Positions 1 to 9,895 are shown, numbered from the stretch's first letter. The stretch: DNA of 42,772 bases from Coriobacteriia bacterium (GCA_034007245.1 JAVERH010000001.1:1-42772); one strand, 5' to 3'. Translations and numbers: made by a program. The notes: generated from the sequence alone by a model not told the origin.

Positions 1-379
1 GTCCTGTGATCGTGTTACGGACGATCGCCCCGCCCACATCCGCGCAGTCCGAGCCGATCACGATCGCCGCCGGTGCGCCTTCTGAGACGGACACCCTCAC
101 GGCCTCGGCAAGCCTGTCGCCCAACGTACCTTCGCACTGCGCGCGCACTTCGATCCCGGAGCCTAGCCAACTCCTGCCGTCTGCGGCAGAGCCGTCGGCG
201 AGCCTGATCTCCAGATCGACCGCGCCCGAGAGCTCGATGGCGCGGGCACGCTTGACCACGTGTTCCGTGAGCTCACGATGCAGTGCGAGCGCTGCTTCAG
301 CGCCAAGCTCATCGGCTATCCGGCTCTTGACGCTCCCGAGGACCGGGCTGCGCGTCAACACGATCAGCCGGGGTCGCAC
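1..379 (-). CDS. TIGR04282/DUF2064-like glycosyltransferase associated with ArsS-like radical SAM genes; 5' part only, runs off the window
   Basis: Not in the ORF track (no stop inside the window). Manual translation from GTG 379: MRPRLIVLTRSPVLGSVKSRIADELGAEAALALHRELTEHV...QCEGTLGDRLAEA...AIVIGSDC, matching the family pattern (PxxGxxKTRL...GAE.A, QxxGDLGxR, IIGSDxP). Confidence 0.85.
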   Translation of the reverse strand, partial: MRPRLIVLTRSPVLGSVKSRIADELGAEAALALHRELTEHVVKRARAIELSGAVDLEIRLADGSAADGRSWLGSGIEVRAQCEGTLGDRLAEAVRVSVSEGAPAAIVIGSDCADVGGAIVRNTITG

Positions 380-404
380 TCTGTGTCCCGACCGGGTCAC
401 AGAA
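379..404 (-). promoter_or_regulatory. Putative bacterial SECIS hairpin
   Basis: RNA after the UGA: UCUGUG-A-CCC-[GGUC]-GGG-A-CACAGA; the apical loop starts with G, 21 nt after the UGA. Confidence 0.75.
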
Positions 405-1422
405 GGCTACCGTGTCAACCCGAGCCTGTGCCCGCCGTGCACGCCCAGCAGTGCGGCGCGAATCGGAGGCGTCGTCGGGCAAGACGCGCTGCATCGAACT
501 CGGCTACGTGCGCAGGCGTTCCATCGGCTGTGCGTAGGCCGGCCGCGAGGTTGAAGTCGCAGTCGGAGAGCGTGCCGTCCCAGCCGATCTCGATCGCCGT
601 CCGACACGAAAGCCCCGCCACGGTCTCGGGGTTGAAGCGCTCGGCAAGCTCGCAGAGGTACGACTCATACTCGCCACGCCGCTCCAGAGTGGTGCGGAAG
701 CGGCCGATCGGCATGGTGGTGATGAGCACCAGCTTGTTGAAGTCGATGCCGAGATCGTCGGTTAGCGCGGCGCGATACCGGGCGGTGAGTTCGCTCTCCG
801 GGCAGTCCTCACCGTAGCCACTCGAGTCCACTGAGAGGTCGAGGCGTGGATGTTCGGAGTGGCCCCAACCGGCTTCGTTCAGGCGGCGAAGGACTGCGAG
901 TACTGTGTGTAGATGGTCTCCTCGCTGGCTGGCGTACCCCTCGAGGGCGAGTGTGGGTACCGAGGCGAGCAGGTCGACGCCTGTCCGGGCCAGATGGTCG
1001 ATGACGCCTTCGGCCTCCGGCTCCAGGAGCGCTGTCAGGTTGGTGCGCATCTGGACGTGCAGGTCTGCCGAGCGCAGCTTCGATACGAGTGTGGGCAGGC
1101 CCGGGTGGAGTTCCGGTGAGCCACCGGTGATATCCACCAGTGCGGGCCGTATCTCGCGGGCGATACGGGACACGGCAGCCAGAGTGGGCTCGTCCATCAT
1201 CTCCGTGCACGACGGCGAGCACGACTGGTGGCAGTGCGTGCACGCAGAGTTGCAGTATCGGCCGAGGTTCACCTGCAGGAGCTCGAGCCGCCGGGTGTAG
1301 AGCGCCTCGGGAAGTACGGCGGCTATGCGGCGTTCGAACGCGGCGGAAGACGTGTCCACAGCTACGCTCACCGGTCGGGACATGTGATGCTCAGCCGTGA
1401 CGCAGTCGCCATCGTGACCCAT
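397..1422 (-). CDS. arsS: ArsS-like radical SAM/DUF3641 protein (TIGR04167 type), probable selenoprotein with Sec at UGA 415-417
   Basis: QVNLGRYCNSACTHCH (CxxxCxxC), DITGGSPELHP, DCDFN, C-terminal HCWACTAGTGSG. Reading through UGA gives U-HGSLL-stop(397-399), aligning to the family end GSSCGGAL. SD AGGGGGG precedes ATG 1422. Confidence 0.88.
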
Positions 1423-1551
1423 CGGACCCCCCTGCTCTGACAGTGCGTGCGTGAGTCCAGCGTACTATTCTTGTATGACTCGCTATCATCAGAGGCGGCG
1501 TCGGCCCGTGATGTCCGTCATGTATCGAATATTCCCTAAGGAGGGGCCGCT

Positions 1552-2400
1552 GTGCCACGCACCTACCGCTTCGTGATCGTGGATGTCTTCACCGACACTC
1601 CGTTTACCGGGAACCAGCTCGGCGTCTTCACCAATGCGGCCGGTCTGTCCGACGACGAGATGCTCATGCTTGCGCGCGAGCTGCACTTCTCCGAGACGAC
1701 CTTCGTGCTGCCTCCCGAAGGTGATGGCGATGTCCGCATGCGTATCTTCACGCCCGTGCGCGAGCTGCCCTTCGCGGGTCATCCCACGCTGGGTACGGCG
1801 TTCGTGCTCGCAGGACCGCTGCAAAAGGTCATCCTGAAGATCGAGACTGCGCGCGGCACGGTGCCGGTGGTACTCGACCGCGAGGGTGCCCGGATCGCCT
1901 TTGGCCGGATGGATCAGCCGATTCCCGCCATCGAGCCGTATGCGGACCCGGAACCGCTCTTCGCCGCACTCGGCGTCTCCGGATCACTGCTGCCGGTGGA
2001 ACGTTACGACAACGGTACGCCCCACCTCTACGTGATGCTCGAGACTGAAGCCGAGGTGGCGACGCTCACGCCCGATATCGCTGCGATCGGTGCGCTTGTC
2101 GGCCCCACCGGCGTCTGCTGCTTTGCCGTCGAGGGCACTCGCCTGAAGGCGCGGATGTTCGGTCCCGAGCTCGGTGTGGCGGAGGACCCGGCGACCGGGT
2201 CGGCCGCCGGTCCGCTCGCGGTACACTTGGTGCGACACGGGCTCATCGAGTGGGGCGAGGAGATCACGATCGCGCAGGGTGCCGAGGTGAACCGTCCGAG
2301 CACGCTTTATGCACGTGCCGAGGGGGATGCTGACGGGATCACGCGCGTAGAGGTCGGTGGCTCGGCACGCGTCGTGGCACGCGGGGAGTTCCTGGTCTAG
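1552..2400 (+). CDS. PhzF-family (DAP epimerase fold) isomerase
   Basis: VDVFTDTPFTGNQLGV, FSETTF, RIFTPVRELPFAGHPTLG, EDPATGSA motifs; SD AAGGAGG. Confidence 0.93.
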   Translation: MPRTYRFVIVDVFTDTPFTGNQLGVFTNAAGLSDDEMLMLARELHFSETTFVLPPEGDGDVRMRIFTPVRELPFAGHPTLGTAFVLAGPLQKVILKIETARGTVPVVLDREGARIAFGRMDQPIPAIEPYADPEPLFAALGVSGSLLPVERYDNGTPHLYVMLETEAEVATLTPDIAAIGALVGPTGVCCFAVEGTRLKARMFGPELGVAEDPATGSAAGPLAVHLVRHGLIEWGEEITIAQGAEVNRPSTLYARAEGDADGITRVEVGGSARVVARGEFLV

Positions 2401-2474
2401 TCGCACGCGCTCTGTGTCAGTATCGCGCGCTATCATCGTACGCGTTCTGCCGCGCTCGATCGTTAGGATCCCTC

Positions 2475-3104
2475 ATGGATCTCGACACTGGTTTCCGTCC
2501 TTCGCGACACGGGTTCGGTTTCACCAACAGTTGGCGGGATCAGCTCTTCGGGGTGGTCCCGTCTCGTGGCCGATGCGGCGGTATGGTCTTTGCCGCATTG
2601 GACTCTTTCCTGGCCGGCCATCACCTACCGGCCGAGGGGTGCGGGACCGTTCTTCCCCCGCATTCCAGCCCGCTTGCGCGTGCCATCTGGAAGCGGCAGA
2701 TAGATAGTGTGGTGGTAGCGCGCGGCAAGAACCTCTGGTGCTTCGCTCGCTTCACGTATCTGCCTTCAACGAGTGTGCGCGGTATCAGTGTGGCGACCCG
2801 CCAGGGACTCCTGCCGCTCTTCGACATGATGCGCGGAGGGTTGCCTGTCCCACTGGGTCTCGTGAGCGGGATCGGTCTTACCCGGATGGCGCGTAACCAT
2901 CAAGTGCTCGCATATGGAGCGGATTTCATGGAAGACCGGGCACTCGTGTATATTTACGATCCTAACCATCCGCGCAGAGACGACGTGACGCTTGAGATCC
3001 CGATGAACCCTCGGATGGGGATCGTGGAGCATATCGGCACCCGCCTAAAGCAGTGGCGCGGGGCTTTCATCGAGCGCTATCAGCCAGCCCGCCCGATCGC
3101 CTGA
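2475..3104 (+). CDS. Hypothetical protein with papain-like Cys/His/Asp motifs
   Basis: FRPSRHGFGFTN, GRCGGM, NHQVLAYG, YIYDPNHP; fills the gap between co-oriented genes. Confidence 0.65.
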   Translation: MDLDTGFRPSRHGFGFTNSWRDQLFGVVPSRGRCGGMVFAALDSFLAGHHLPAEGCGTVLPPHSSPLARAIWKRQIDSVVVARGKNLWCFARFTYLPSTSVRGISVATRQGLLPLFDMMRGGLPVPLGLVSGIGLTRMARNHQVLAYGADFMEDRALVYIYDPNHPRRDDVTLEIPMNPRMGIVEHIGTRLKQWRGAFIERYQPARPIA

Positions 3105-3175
3105 AAAGCCCCGGCGCGCATCGGTGGATGTGTTGCCGTGATGTACGAGTGTTCGACTGGAAGGCGTCACCACCT

Positions 3176-4567
3176 ATGCAGCAAGAGGCACGTCTGATCG
3201 AGGGCCCGGTCGCTCGCACGCTTATCCGGCTGAGTGCGCCCATGGTCATCGCTATGTTCGCGATGGTGGGCTTCAACATCGTCGATACGTTTTACGTGGG
3301 CCGGCTCGGCGTCGAACCTCTTGCGGCGATGGGCTTCACGCTCCCGCTGGTCTTGTCTGTGAACTCCATCAGCCTTGGTATCGGTGTGGGCACCACGGCA
3401 GTCGTTGCTCAGGCCATCGGGAGACGAGACAGTGCAGGCGTGCAACGCTTCGCACTGAGCTCGCTGCTGCTGGGTATCACGGTGTCGAGTACGATGGCGA
3501 TCGCCGGACTCCTTGGTGGTCGTGCGCTGTTCACGATGCTTGGTGCCGAGGGCGCAGTGCTCGAGCATGTTCTCCAGTACACATCGGTGTGGTTCTTCGG
3601 TCTGCCACTCGTCGTCGTCCCGCAGAACGGCAACAGCAGCATCCGGGCCGCGGGCGATACGAAGACGCCGGCCAAGATCATGCTCACCGCGCTCACCATC
3701 AATGCGATCCTCGACCCGCTGTTCATCTTCGGGTGGGGCCCTGTGTCGGCCTATGGGCTACGGGGCGCTGCGATGGCGACCGTGTTCTCACAGGCGTGTG
3801 CGATGACGCTCACGCTTCTCGTGCTGCATCGTCGCGGCATCCTTGTGCGCGTGAAGCTGACGGTCGCCGAGGTCCTGTCGGCATGGAAGCGGATCTTGAA
3901 GATCGGGCTGCCGGCTGCGGTCACGCAGTTGATCGCGCCGGTCTCCACGGCTGCGATCACGGCGCTCGTTGCGGGGTACGGTGTTGCCGCAGTAGCGGGC
4001 TTTGGCGTGGCGACGCGACTGGAGTCGTTTGCGGTGATGGTCATCAACGCTATCGGTGCAGCGCTTGTTCCGTTCGTGGGCCAGAACTGGGGCGCCGGTA
4101 AGAAGGCTCGCGTTAGTCGTGCAGTGAAGACGGCACTGGTGATGACGGCATCCTGGGGCGCCTTTGTGTGGCTTCTGTCACTGGTGGTCGGGCGTCAGGC
4201 GGCTGCTGTGTTCAACGAAGACCCTGACGTCGTCGGTGTGGTGATGTCTTACATGGCGATCGTCTTCCCGAGCTACGCGTTGCTCGGAGTGCTCGTCACC
4301 ACGCTGAACGCCTTCAATGCCCTTCATCGTGCGATGCGCTCGCTCGTGCTGTCAGTGCTGCGCATGCTCGTGCTCTATGTGCCGCTCGCATACGTGGGCT
4401 CGGCCCTCTTCGGCCTCGGGGGTGTCTGGTGGGCTGCGTTCACTTCCAACGCAGTGGCGGGTGTGGTCGCGGTGCTCTGGTTCCGACACCTCTTCCATCG
4501 CATGGAGACGGAGCCACCACCTGACGTCTGGGATACGGATAGTGAGTATGAAGCTGTGGGTATGTAG
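3176..4567 (+). CDS. MATE-family efflux transporter
   Basis: About 12 hydrophobic segments; NIVDTFYVGRLG, RAAGDTKTP, NAILDPLFIFG, GAAMAT, AGFGVATRLE. Start trimmed to ATG 3176. Confidence 0.95.
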   Translation: MQQEARLIEGPVARTLIRLSAPMVIAMFAMVGFNIVDTFYVGRLGVEPLAAMGFTLPLVLSVNSISLGIGVGTTAVVAQAIGRRDSAGVQRFALSSLLLGITVSSTMAIAGLLGGRALFTMLGAEGAVLEHVLQYTSVWFFGLPLVVVPQNGNSSIRAAGDTKTPAKIMLTALTINAILDPLFIFGWGPVSAYGLRGAAMATVFSQACAMTLTLLVLHRRGILVRVKLTVAEVLSAWKRILKIGLPAAVTQLIAPVSTAAITALVAGYGVAAVAGFGVATRLESFAVMVINAIGAALVPFVGQNWGAGKKARVSRAVKTALVMTASWGAFVWLLSLVVGRQAAAVFNEDPDVVGVVMSYMAIVFPSYALLGVLVTTLNAFNALHRAMRSLVLSVLRMLVLYVPLAYVGSALFGLGGVWWAAFTSNAVAGVVAVLWFRHLFHRMETEPPPDVWDTDSEYEAVGM

Positions 4568-4635
4568 GCTCCCTCAAGAGGGGGGTCGAAGATTCAATAC
4601 GGATCTGACACAAGCGCCCAGAGTAATTCGATTTA

Positions 4636-4665
4636 GAGTATAGTACGTACTGGTATATACGTTAA
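4636..4665 (+). promoter_or_regulatory. AT-rich promoter/operator region of hisF-carB
   Basis: TATAGT -10-like box, palindrome AGTACGTACT and GTATA...TATAC dyad in a GC-rich background. Confidence 0.4.
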
Positions 4666-4678
4666 AAGGGAGTAGTAC

Positions 4679-5446
4679 GTGCAGCCGATCCACATCATCC
4701 CGTGTCTGGACATGAAGGACGGCCGTGTCGTCAAAGGTGTGAACTTCGTTGACCTGCGCGACGCGGGCGACCCGGTCGAGAACGCGGCGTTCTATCGCGA
4801 GGCCGGTGCCGATGAAGTCGCGATGCTCGATATCGCAGCTACCACCGAAGGGCGCACGACGCGTATCCAGTGGGCGCGTGACGTGGCGGATGCGCTCGGT
4901 GGCGTGCCGCTCACCGTCGGCGGCGGCATCAACAAGCTTGCTGACATCGAGGCGCTCTTCGAGGCGGGCGTCGCGAAGGTCTCCATGAACAGTGCGGCGG
5001 TGGTGCGTCCTGGTCTGATCGTCGAGGCCGCCGAGCGCTGGGGTTCGGAGCGCATCGTGGTGGCCATCGACGGACGTCGCAATACGAGACTGCCCTCGGG
5101 CTTCGAGGTCGTGGTGAGTGGTGGTCTGAAGGGCACCGGCATCGACTGTGTGGAGTGGGCTATGCGCTGCGAGGAACTCGGTGCCGGCACACTGTTGCCC
5201 ACGAGCATGGACGGCGACGGCACGCTGTCCGGGTACGACATCCGACTCACCCGTGCTATCGCCGACCTGGTGTCGCTGCCGGTGATCGCATCGGGAGGTG
5301 CGGGGACGCTCGAGCACTTCTACGAGGGTGTGAGACAGGGCCACGCGGCTGCGCTGTTGGCGGCATCGGTGTTCCACTTCCGCACGTTCTCGGTCGGTCA
5401 GGTCAAGGACTATCTCGCCGACCGGGGTATCCCGGTCAGGCACTGA
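4679..5446 (+). CDS. hisF: Imidazole glycerol phosphate synthase cyclase subunit
   Basis: [62 protein letters not shown]. Confidence 0.96.
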   Translation: MQPIHIIPCLDMKDGRVVKGVNFVDLRDAGDPVENAAFYREAGADEVAMLDIAATTEGRTTRIQWARDVADALGGVPLTVGGGINKLADIEALFEAGVAKVSMNSAAVVRPGLIVEAAERWGSERIVVAIDGRRNTRLPSGFEVVVSGGLKGTGIDCVEWAMRCEELGAGTLLPTSMDGDGTLSGYDIRLTRAIADLVSLPVIASGGAGTLEHFYEGVRQGHAAALLAASVFHFRTFSVGQVKDYLADRGIPVRH

Positions 5447-5462
5447 TACGGAAGGACGCTGC

Positions 5463-8400
5463 ATGCCCAAGCGCACGGATATCGAGAAGATCATGATCAT
5501 CGGCTCGGGGCCGATCGTCATCGGCCAGGCGTGTGAGTTCGACTACTCGGGCACGCAGGCGTGTAAGGCGCTTCGTGCTCTCGGCTATAAGATCGTGCTG
5601 GTGAACTCCAACCCGGCTACGATCATGACCGATCCGGTCATGGCCGATGAGACGTATATCGAGCCGCTCAACATCGAGACGCTCGAGCGCATCATCGCAG
5701 CCTCGCGTCCCGATGCGTTGCTGCCGAACCTCGGCGGGCAGACTGCTCTCAATCTCTCACTCGAGCTCAATCGACTCGGCATCTTAGAGAAGTACGGCGT
5801 GCGCATCATCGGCGTGAGCCCGGAGGCGATCGAGCGTGGTGAGGATCGCCTCGAGTTCATGAAGACCATGGATCGTCTCGGTATCGAGACGGCGCGTGGC
5901 GTGACGGTCGAGACTTCCGAGGACGCCGAACGAGTGGCTGCCGACTTTGGCTATCCCGTCGTCATCCGCCCCGCATACACGATGGGTGGCACCGGCGGCG
6001 GCATCGTCTATAACGTCGAGGAGCTGCGCGTGATCGTGGCGCGCGGGCTGCAAGCTTCGATGGTGGGTCAGGTACTCGTCGAGGAGTGCATCCTCGGCTG
6101 GGAAGAGCTCGAGCTCGAGGTCGTCCGTGATGCCGATGGCAACATGATCACCGTCTGCTTCATCGAGAACGTCGACGCGCTCGGTGTGCATACCGGCGAT
6201 AGCTGCTGTACGGCGCCAATGCTCACGATCTCTACCGAGCTGCAGGTGCGGTTGCAGGAGCAGGCGCACCGCATCGTCGAGGCGATCGAGGTCATCGGTG
6301 GGACCAACGTGCAGTTCGCGCACGATCCGGTGAGTGGCCGTGTCGTCGTGATCGAGATCAACCCGCGCACCTCGCGCTCGAGTGCACTCGCATCCAAGGC
6401 GACCGGTCTGCCGATCGCGCTCGTCTCGAGCCAGCTGGCAAGTGGCCTTACGATGTCGGAGATCCCGTACTGGCGCGATGGCACCCTGGAGAAGTACACG
6501 CCGAGTGGCGACTACGTGGTCGTGAAGTTCGCGCGTTGGGCCTTTGAGAAGTTCCCGGGTGCCGAGGACAAGCTCGGCACGCAGATGCGCGCGGTGGGCG
6601 AGGTCATGTCTATCGGCGCGAACTACAAGGAGTCGCTCCAGAAGGCGATTCGCTCGCTCGAGAACGGGCGCATGGGGCTCGGCTTCGCCAGGGACTTCAA
6701 CGCGCGTACTCTCGAGGAGCTCATGGTTCTGTTGGCCGAGGCGACGAGTGAGCGGCAGTGGATCATGTACGAGGCGCTGCGCAAGGGTGCCAGCGTCGAT
6801 GAACTCTTCCGCAAGACGTACATCAAGCACTGGTTCATCGAGCAGATGGCCGAGCTGGTGGCGCTCGAGGAGGATATCCTCGCGTATGCGGATGAGGGGG
6901 GTGTGGTTGGCGCGGGCGCGAAAGCGGGCGAACCGCTCCCGGATAAGCTCCTCATACGCGCCAAGCGTGACGGCTTCGCCGACGCGTACCTCAGCAAGCT
7001 CCTCGGCACTGCCGAGCACAAGATCCGCGAGCGACGCATCGCGCTCGGCGTGGTTCACGCCTACGAGCCCGTGCGGGTCTCGGGTGTTGAGGATGCGTCG
7101 TACTACTACTCCACCTATAACGGTACCGACGCCGTGTCGGTAAGTGACCGCAAGAAGATCATGGTCCTCGGCGGCGGCCCCAACCGCATCGGCCAGGGAA
7201 TCGAGTTCGACTACTGTTGCGTGCACGCAGCCTTCGCGCTCCGCGAACTCGACTATGAGACGATCATGGTGAACTGCAATCCCGAGACCGTTTCGACCGA
7301 TTACGACACCTCGGACAAGCTCTACTTCGAGCCGCTTACCGTGGAAGACGTGCTCGGCATCTACGAGAAGGAGCGCCCCGACGGTGTGATCTGCCAGTTT
7401 GGCGGGCAGACGCCGCTGAACATCGCCGGCGCCCTCGAGAAGGCCGGCGTGCCGATCGTGGGCACTTCACCCGAGACGATCGACCTCGCCGAGGACCGCG
7501 ATCGCTTTCGAGAGATCATGGAGAAGCTCCATATCCCGATGCCCGAGTCCGAAATGGTCTCGACGTTGGACGAGGCTCTCGAGGCTGCAGCGAGCATCGG
7601 CTATCCGCTGATGGTACGGCCGAGCTACGTGCTCGGCGGACGCGGCATGGAGGTCGTGCACGATGAGGAGATGCTGCGCCGCTACGTGGCGGCGGCGCAT
7701 GACGTCACGCCCGAGCGTCCGCTGCTGATCGATCGCTTCTTAGAAAACGCCATCGAGTGCGAGGCCGACGCTATCGCCGACGGTACAGATGCGTTCGTGC
7801 CCGCAGTGATGCAGCACATCGAGTACGCAGGGGTCCACTCAGGCGACTCGGCGTGCGTGATCCCGCCGGTCATCATCTCCGAGGTCGACCTTGCCACCAT
7901 CGACGACTACACGCGCCGCATCGCTATCGAGCTCGGTGTCGTAGGACTTATGAACATGCAGTATGCGATCTCCGATGGTGTGGTCTACGTGCTTGAGGCC
8001 AATCCGCGGGCGTCGCGCACAGTGCCGCTCGTGTCCAAGGTGACCGACATCCAGATGGCTCGTCTGGCCACGCGCGTGATGATGGGCGAGAAGCTCGCCG
8101 ATCTGAAGCTCGAGCGTAAGCCGATCCCGCACTTCGGTGTGAAGGAGTCCGTCTTTCCGTTCAACATGTTCCCCGAGGTGGACCCGCTGCTCGGCCCGGA
8201 GATGCGTTCTACCGGTGAGGTGCTGGGCCTGGCCGATAGCTACGGACTCGCGTTCTATAAGTCCCAGGAGGCCGCCGGCACACGTCTGCCCGACGAGGGC
8301 ACGGTCCTCATCACGGTGGCCGAGCGCGATCGCGAGCGTATCGTGATAGCCGCACGTGAGTTCGTGGACCTCGGCTTCCGTATCATGTCGACGAGTGGCA

Positions 8401-8699
8401 CGGCGGCGTTCTTGGCGGAGCACGGCATCGCGGCGACGCCCGTGCTGAAACTGCACGAGGGTCGGCCGAACATCCAGGATGCGATCACCAACGGCGAGAT
8501 CCAACTCGTGGTGAACACGCCAGCCGGTAAGTCGAGTGAGTTCGATGACAGCTACATCCGTAAGGCGGCGATCAGACATCGCGTGCCGTACATCACCACC
8601 ACGTCGGCCGCGCTTGCAGCGGCGCAAGGGGTTCGTGCACATCGCGAGTCGGCGGGTCAGGTGCGGTCGCTACAGAGCTACCATGCGAGTATCGGATAA
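5463..8699 (+). CDS. carB: Carbamoyl-phosphate synthase large subunit
   Basis: MPKRTDIEKIMIIGSGPIVIGQACEFDYSGTQA, GGGPNRIGQGIEFDYCCVH, two ATP-grasp domains, LGPEMRSTGEV, C-terminal MGS-like domain. Confidence 0.98.
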   Translation: MPKRTDIEKIMIIGSGPIVIGQACEFDYSGTQACKALRALGYKIVLVNSNPATIMTDPVMADETYIEPLNIETLERIIAASRPDALLPNLGGQTALNLSLELNRLGILEKYGVRIIGVSPEAIERGEDRLEFMKTMDRLGIETARGVTVETSEDAERVAADFGYPVVIRPAYTMGGTGGGIVYNVEELRVIVARGLQASMVGQVLVEECILGWEELELEVVRDADGNMITVCFIENVDALGVHTGDSCCTAPMLTISTELQVRLQEQAHRIVEAIEVIGGTNVQFAHDPVSGRVVVIEINPRTSRSSALASKATGLPIALVSSQLASGLTMSEIPYWRDGTLEKYTPSGDYVVVKFARWAFEKFPGAEDKLGTQMRAVGEVMSIGANYKESLQKAIRSLENGRMGLGFARDFNARTLEELMVLLAEATSERQWIMYEALRKGASVDELFRKTYIKHWFIEQMAELVALEEDILAYADEGGVVGAGAKAGEPLPDKLLIRAKRDGFADAYLSKLLGTAEHKIRERRIALGVVHAYEPVRVSGVEDASYYYSTYNGTDAVSVSDRKKIMVLGGGPNRIGQGIEFDYCCVHAAFALRELDYETIMVNCNPETVSTDYDTSDKLYFEPLTVEDVLGIYEKERPDGVICQFGGQTPLNIAGALEKAGVPIVGTSPETIDLAEDRDRFREIMEKLHIPMPESEMVSTLDEALEAAASIGYPLMVRPSYVLGGRGMEVVHDEEMLRRYVAAAHDVTPERPLLIDRFLENAIECEADAIADGTDAFVPAVMQHIEYAGVHSGDSACVIPPVIISEVDLATIDDYTRRIAIELGVVGLMNMQYAISDGVVYVLEANPRASRTVPLVSKVTDIQMARLATRVMMGEKLADLKLERKPIPHFGVKESVFPFNMFPEVDPLLGPEMRSTGEVLGLADSYGLAFYKSQEAAGTRLPDEGTVLITVAERDRERIVIAAREFVDLGFRIMSTSGTAAFLAEHGIAATPVLKLHEGRPNIQDAITNGEIQLVVNTPAGKSSEFDDSYIRKAAIRHRVPYITTTSAALAAAQGVRAHRESAGQVRSLQSYHASIG

Positions 8700-8724
8700 A
8701 GGTCGCAGGGCTGCCGGGGGCGTC

Positions 8725-9195
8725 CTATAGTCTGCTGATCGGCATGATGACCTCGGTCAGGCATTCGTCGTCTTCGACCTCGGCCGGATCGTTCAAGTAA
8801 CGTTCCTGCGGCGGGCCGGCGAGTTCGTACCCGTTCTCGTCGATCCACGCCCAGAGTGCCTGGTAAGTCGTGGCGATGGTGTCGGGCGAACCCTTGTGGA
8901 TGGCGGAGGCGACCTTCATCTCAGGTGTGAGCTTCACACCGATGCCGCTCTCGTCCGGCTCGGCCTCGGCCACGGTGCCTCTGAGTTGGATCTGGAGCTC
9001 CCAGACAGCGTCCGAGCACGAGGGGTCCGAGGCGATGTTGTAGTAGATACCCGTGCGGACGCTGACGGCCTTCAGTCCATGCCCCCCGATCCATGCATCC
9101 AGGCGCGCGAAGCCGTCTGCGGTCTGATCGTAGGGGCCTCGCATCGGCAAAAACGCAGTCGGAGCGGGCTTCTTGTTCTGGATGCTCACCATCAT
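8725..9195 (-). CDS. Stand-alone GyrI-like small-molecule binding protein
   Basis: RGPYDQ, VASAIHKGSPD, YQALWAWIDENGYELAGPPQERYLNDP, TEVIMPI; GGAG SD before ATG 9195. Confidence 0.85.
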   Translation of the reverse strand: MMVSIQNKKPAPTAFLPMRGPYDQTADGFARLDAWIGGHGLKAVSVRTGIYYNIASDPSCSDAVWELQIQLRGTVAEAEPDESGIGVKLTPEMKVASAIHKGSPDTIATTYQALWAWIDENGYELAGPPQERYLNDPAEVEDDECLTEVIMPISRL

Positions 9196-9317
9196 CGGAA
9201 CCACTCCACTCAAGAGGGGTATATATCCCACGCGAGATTACCACGAGGGTACGCGTGGGATGGAGCGGACGCTATACTGAGGCGTCTGTGACGAATATAC
9301 GAAGGGGAGTAGCCAAT

Positions 9318-9836
9318 ATGAAGCGCTGGGCGATCGGCCTGCTGATAGCTGCACTTGCACTGACCGTCGCGGGATGTTCGGCCGTGGAGGATAAGATCGG
9401 CGAGGAGGTTGGTGAGGGTATCGCCGGTGCGATCGTCGGTGGCGATGTCGATGTGGACGATGGCAGCGTCACCATCAGCGGTGAGGATGGGGATGTCACG
9501 GTCTCGGATGGTGGTAACGAGATACCCGATGGGTTCCCGGGCGATTTTCCCGTGTACGACGATGCCGATCTTGATTCGACATCGAGCATCACGAGTGGCG
9601 AAGGCACTACGTTCTACCTGACACTGACTTCGGGCGATGAGCCGGAGGCCGTCTACGACTGGTTCAAGGCCGAGTTCGAGGCCGGGGGCTGGTCGATCGT
9701 CAACGACATGAACATGAACACAGGCGACGGTATGACCGCGATCATCAGTGTGGAGAAAGGCGATGTGGAAGGATCGGTGACGATGGACTCGGCCGATCCT
9801 GGTACCGACTTCGGGGTCATCGTGACCGAGAAGTAA
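9318..9836 (+). CDS. Acidic lipoprotein of unknown function
   Basis: SD AAGGGGAG; signal MKRWAIGLLIAALALTVAGC with lipobox VAGC; IPDGFPGDFPVY motif; D/E/G-rich. Confidence 0.85.
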   Translation: MKRWAIGLLIAALALTVAGCSAVEDKIGEEVGEGIAGAIVGGDVDVDDGSVTISGEDGDVTVSDGGNEIPDGFPGDFPVYDDADLDSTSSITSGEGTTFYLTLTSGDEPEAVYDWFKAEFEAGGWSIVNDMNMNTGDGMTAIISVEKGDVEGSVTMDSADPGTDFGVIVTEK

Positions 9837-9857
9837 CACCCAGCATGTCTGTGAACG

Positions 9858-9895
9858 ACGAGGTCCCTGCCGGATGCGGCGGGGGCCTCGTTTGC
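9858..9895 (+). terminator. Intrinsic terminator after the lipoprotein gene
   Basis: ACGAGGTCCCTGCCG-GATG-CGGCGGGGGCCTCGT followed by TTGCGTT. Confidence 0.7.

Noticed and set aside
1552-2400. Phenazine biosynthesis cluster
   Set aside because: Only a lone PhzF-family gene; no phzA/B/D/E/G neighbours.
9300-9317. GAAGGGGAGTAGC, identical to the 5' end of the yybP-ykoY aptamer (a similar string occurs at 4664-4675)
   Set aside because: Followed immediately by a start codon and lacks the CGTCATCAC and GCGAGACC elements; best read as a Shine-Dalgarno site.
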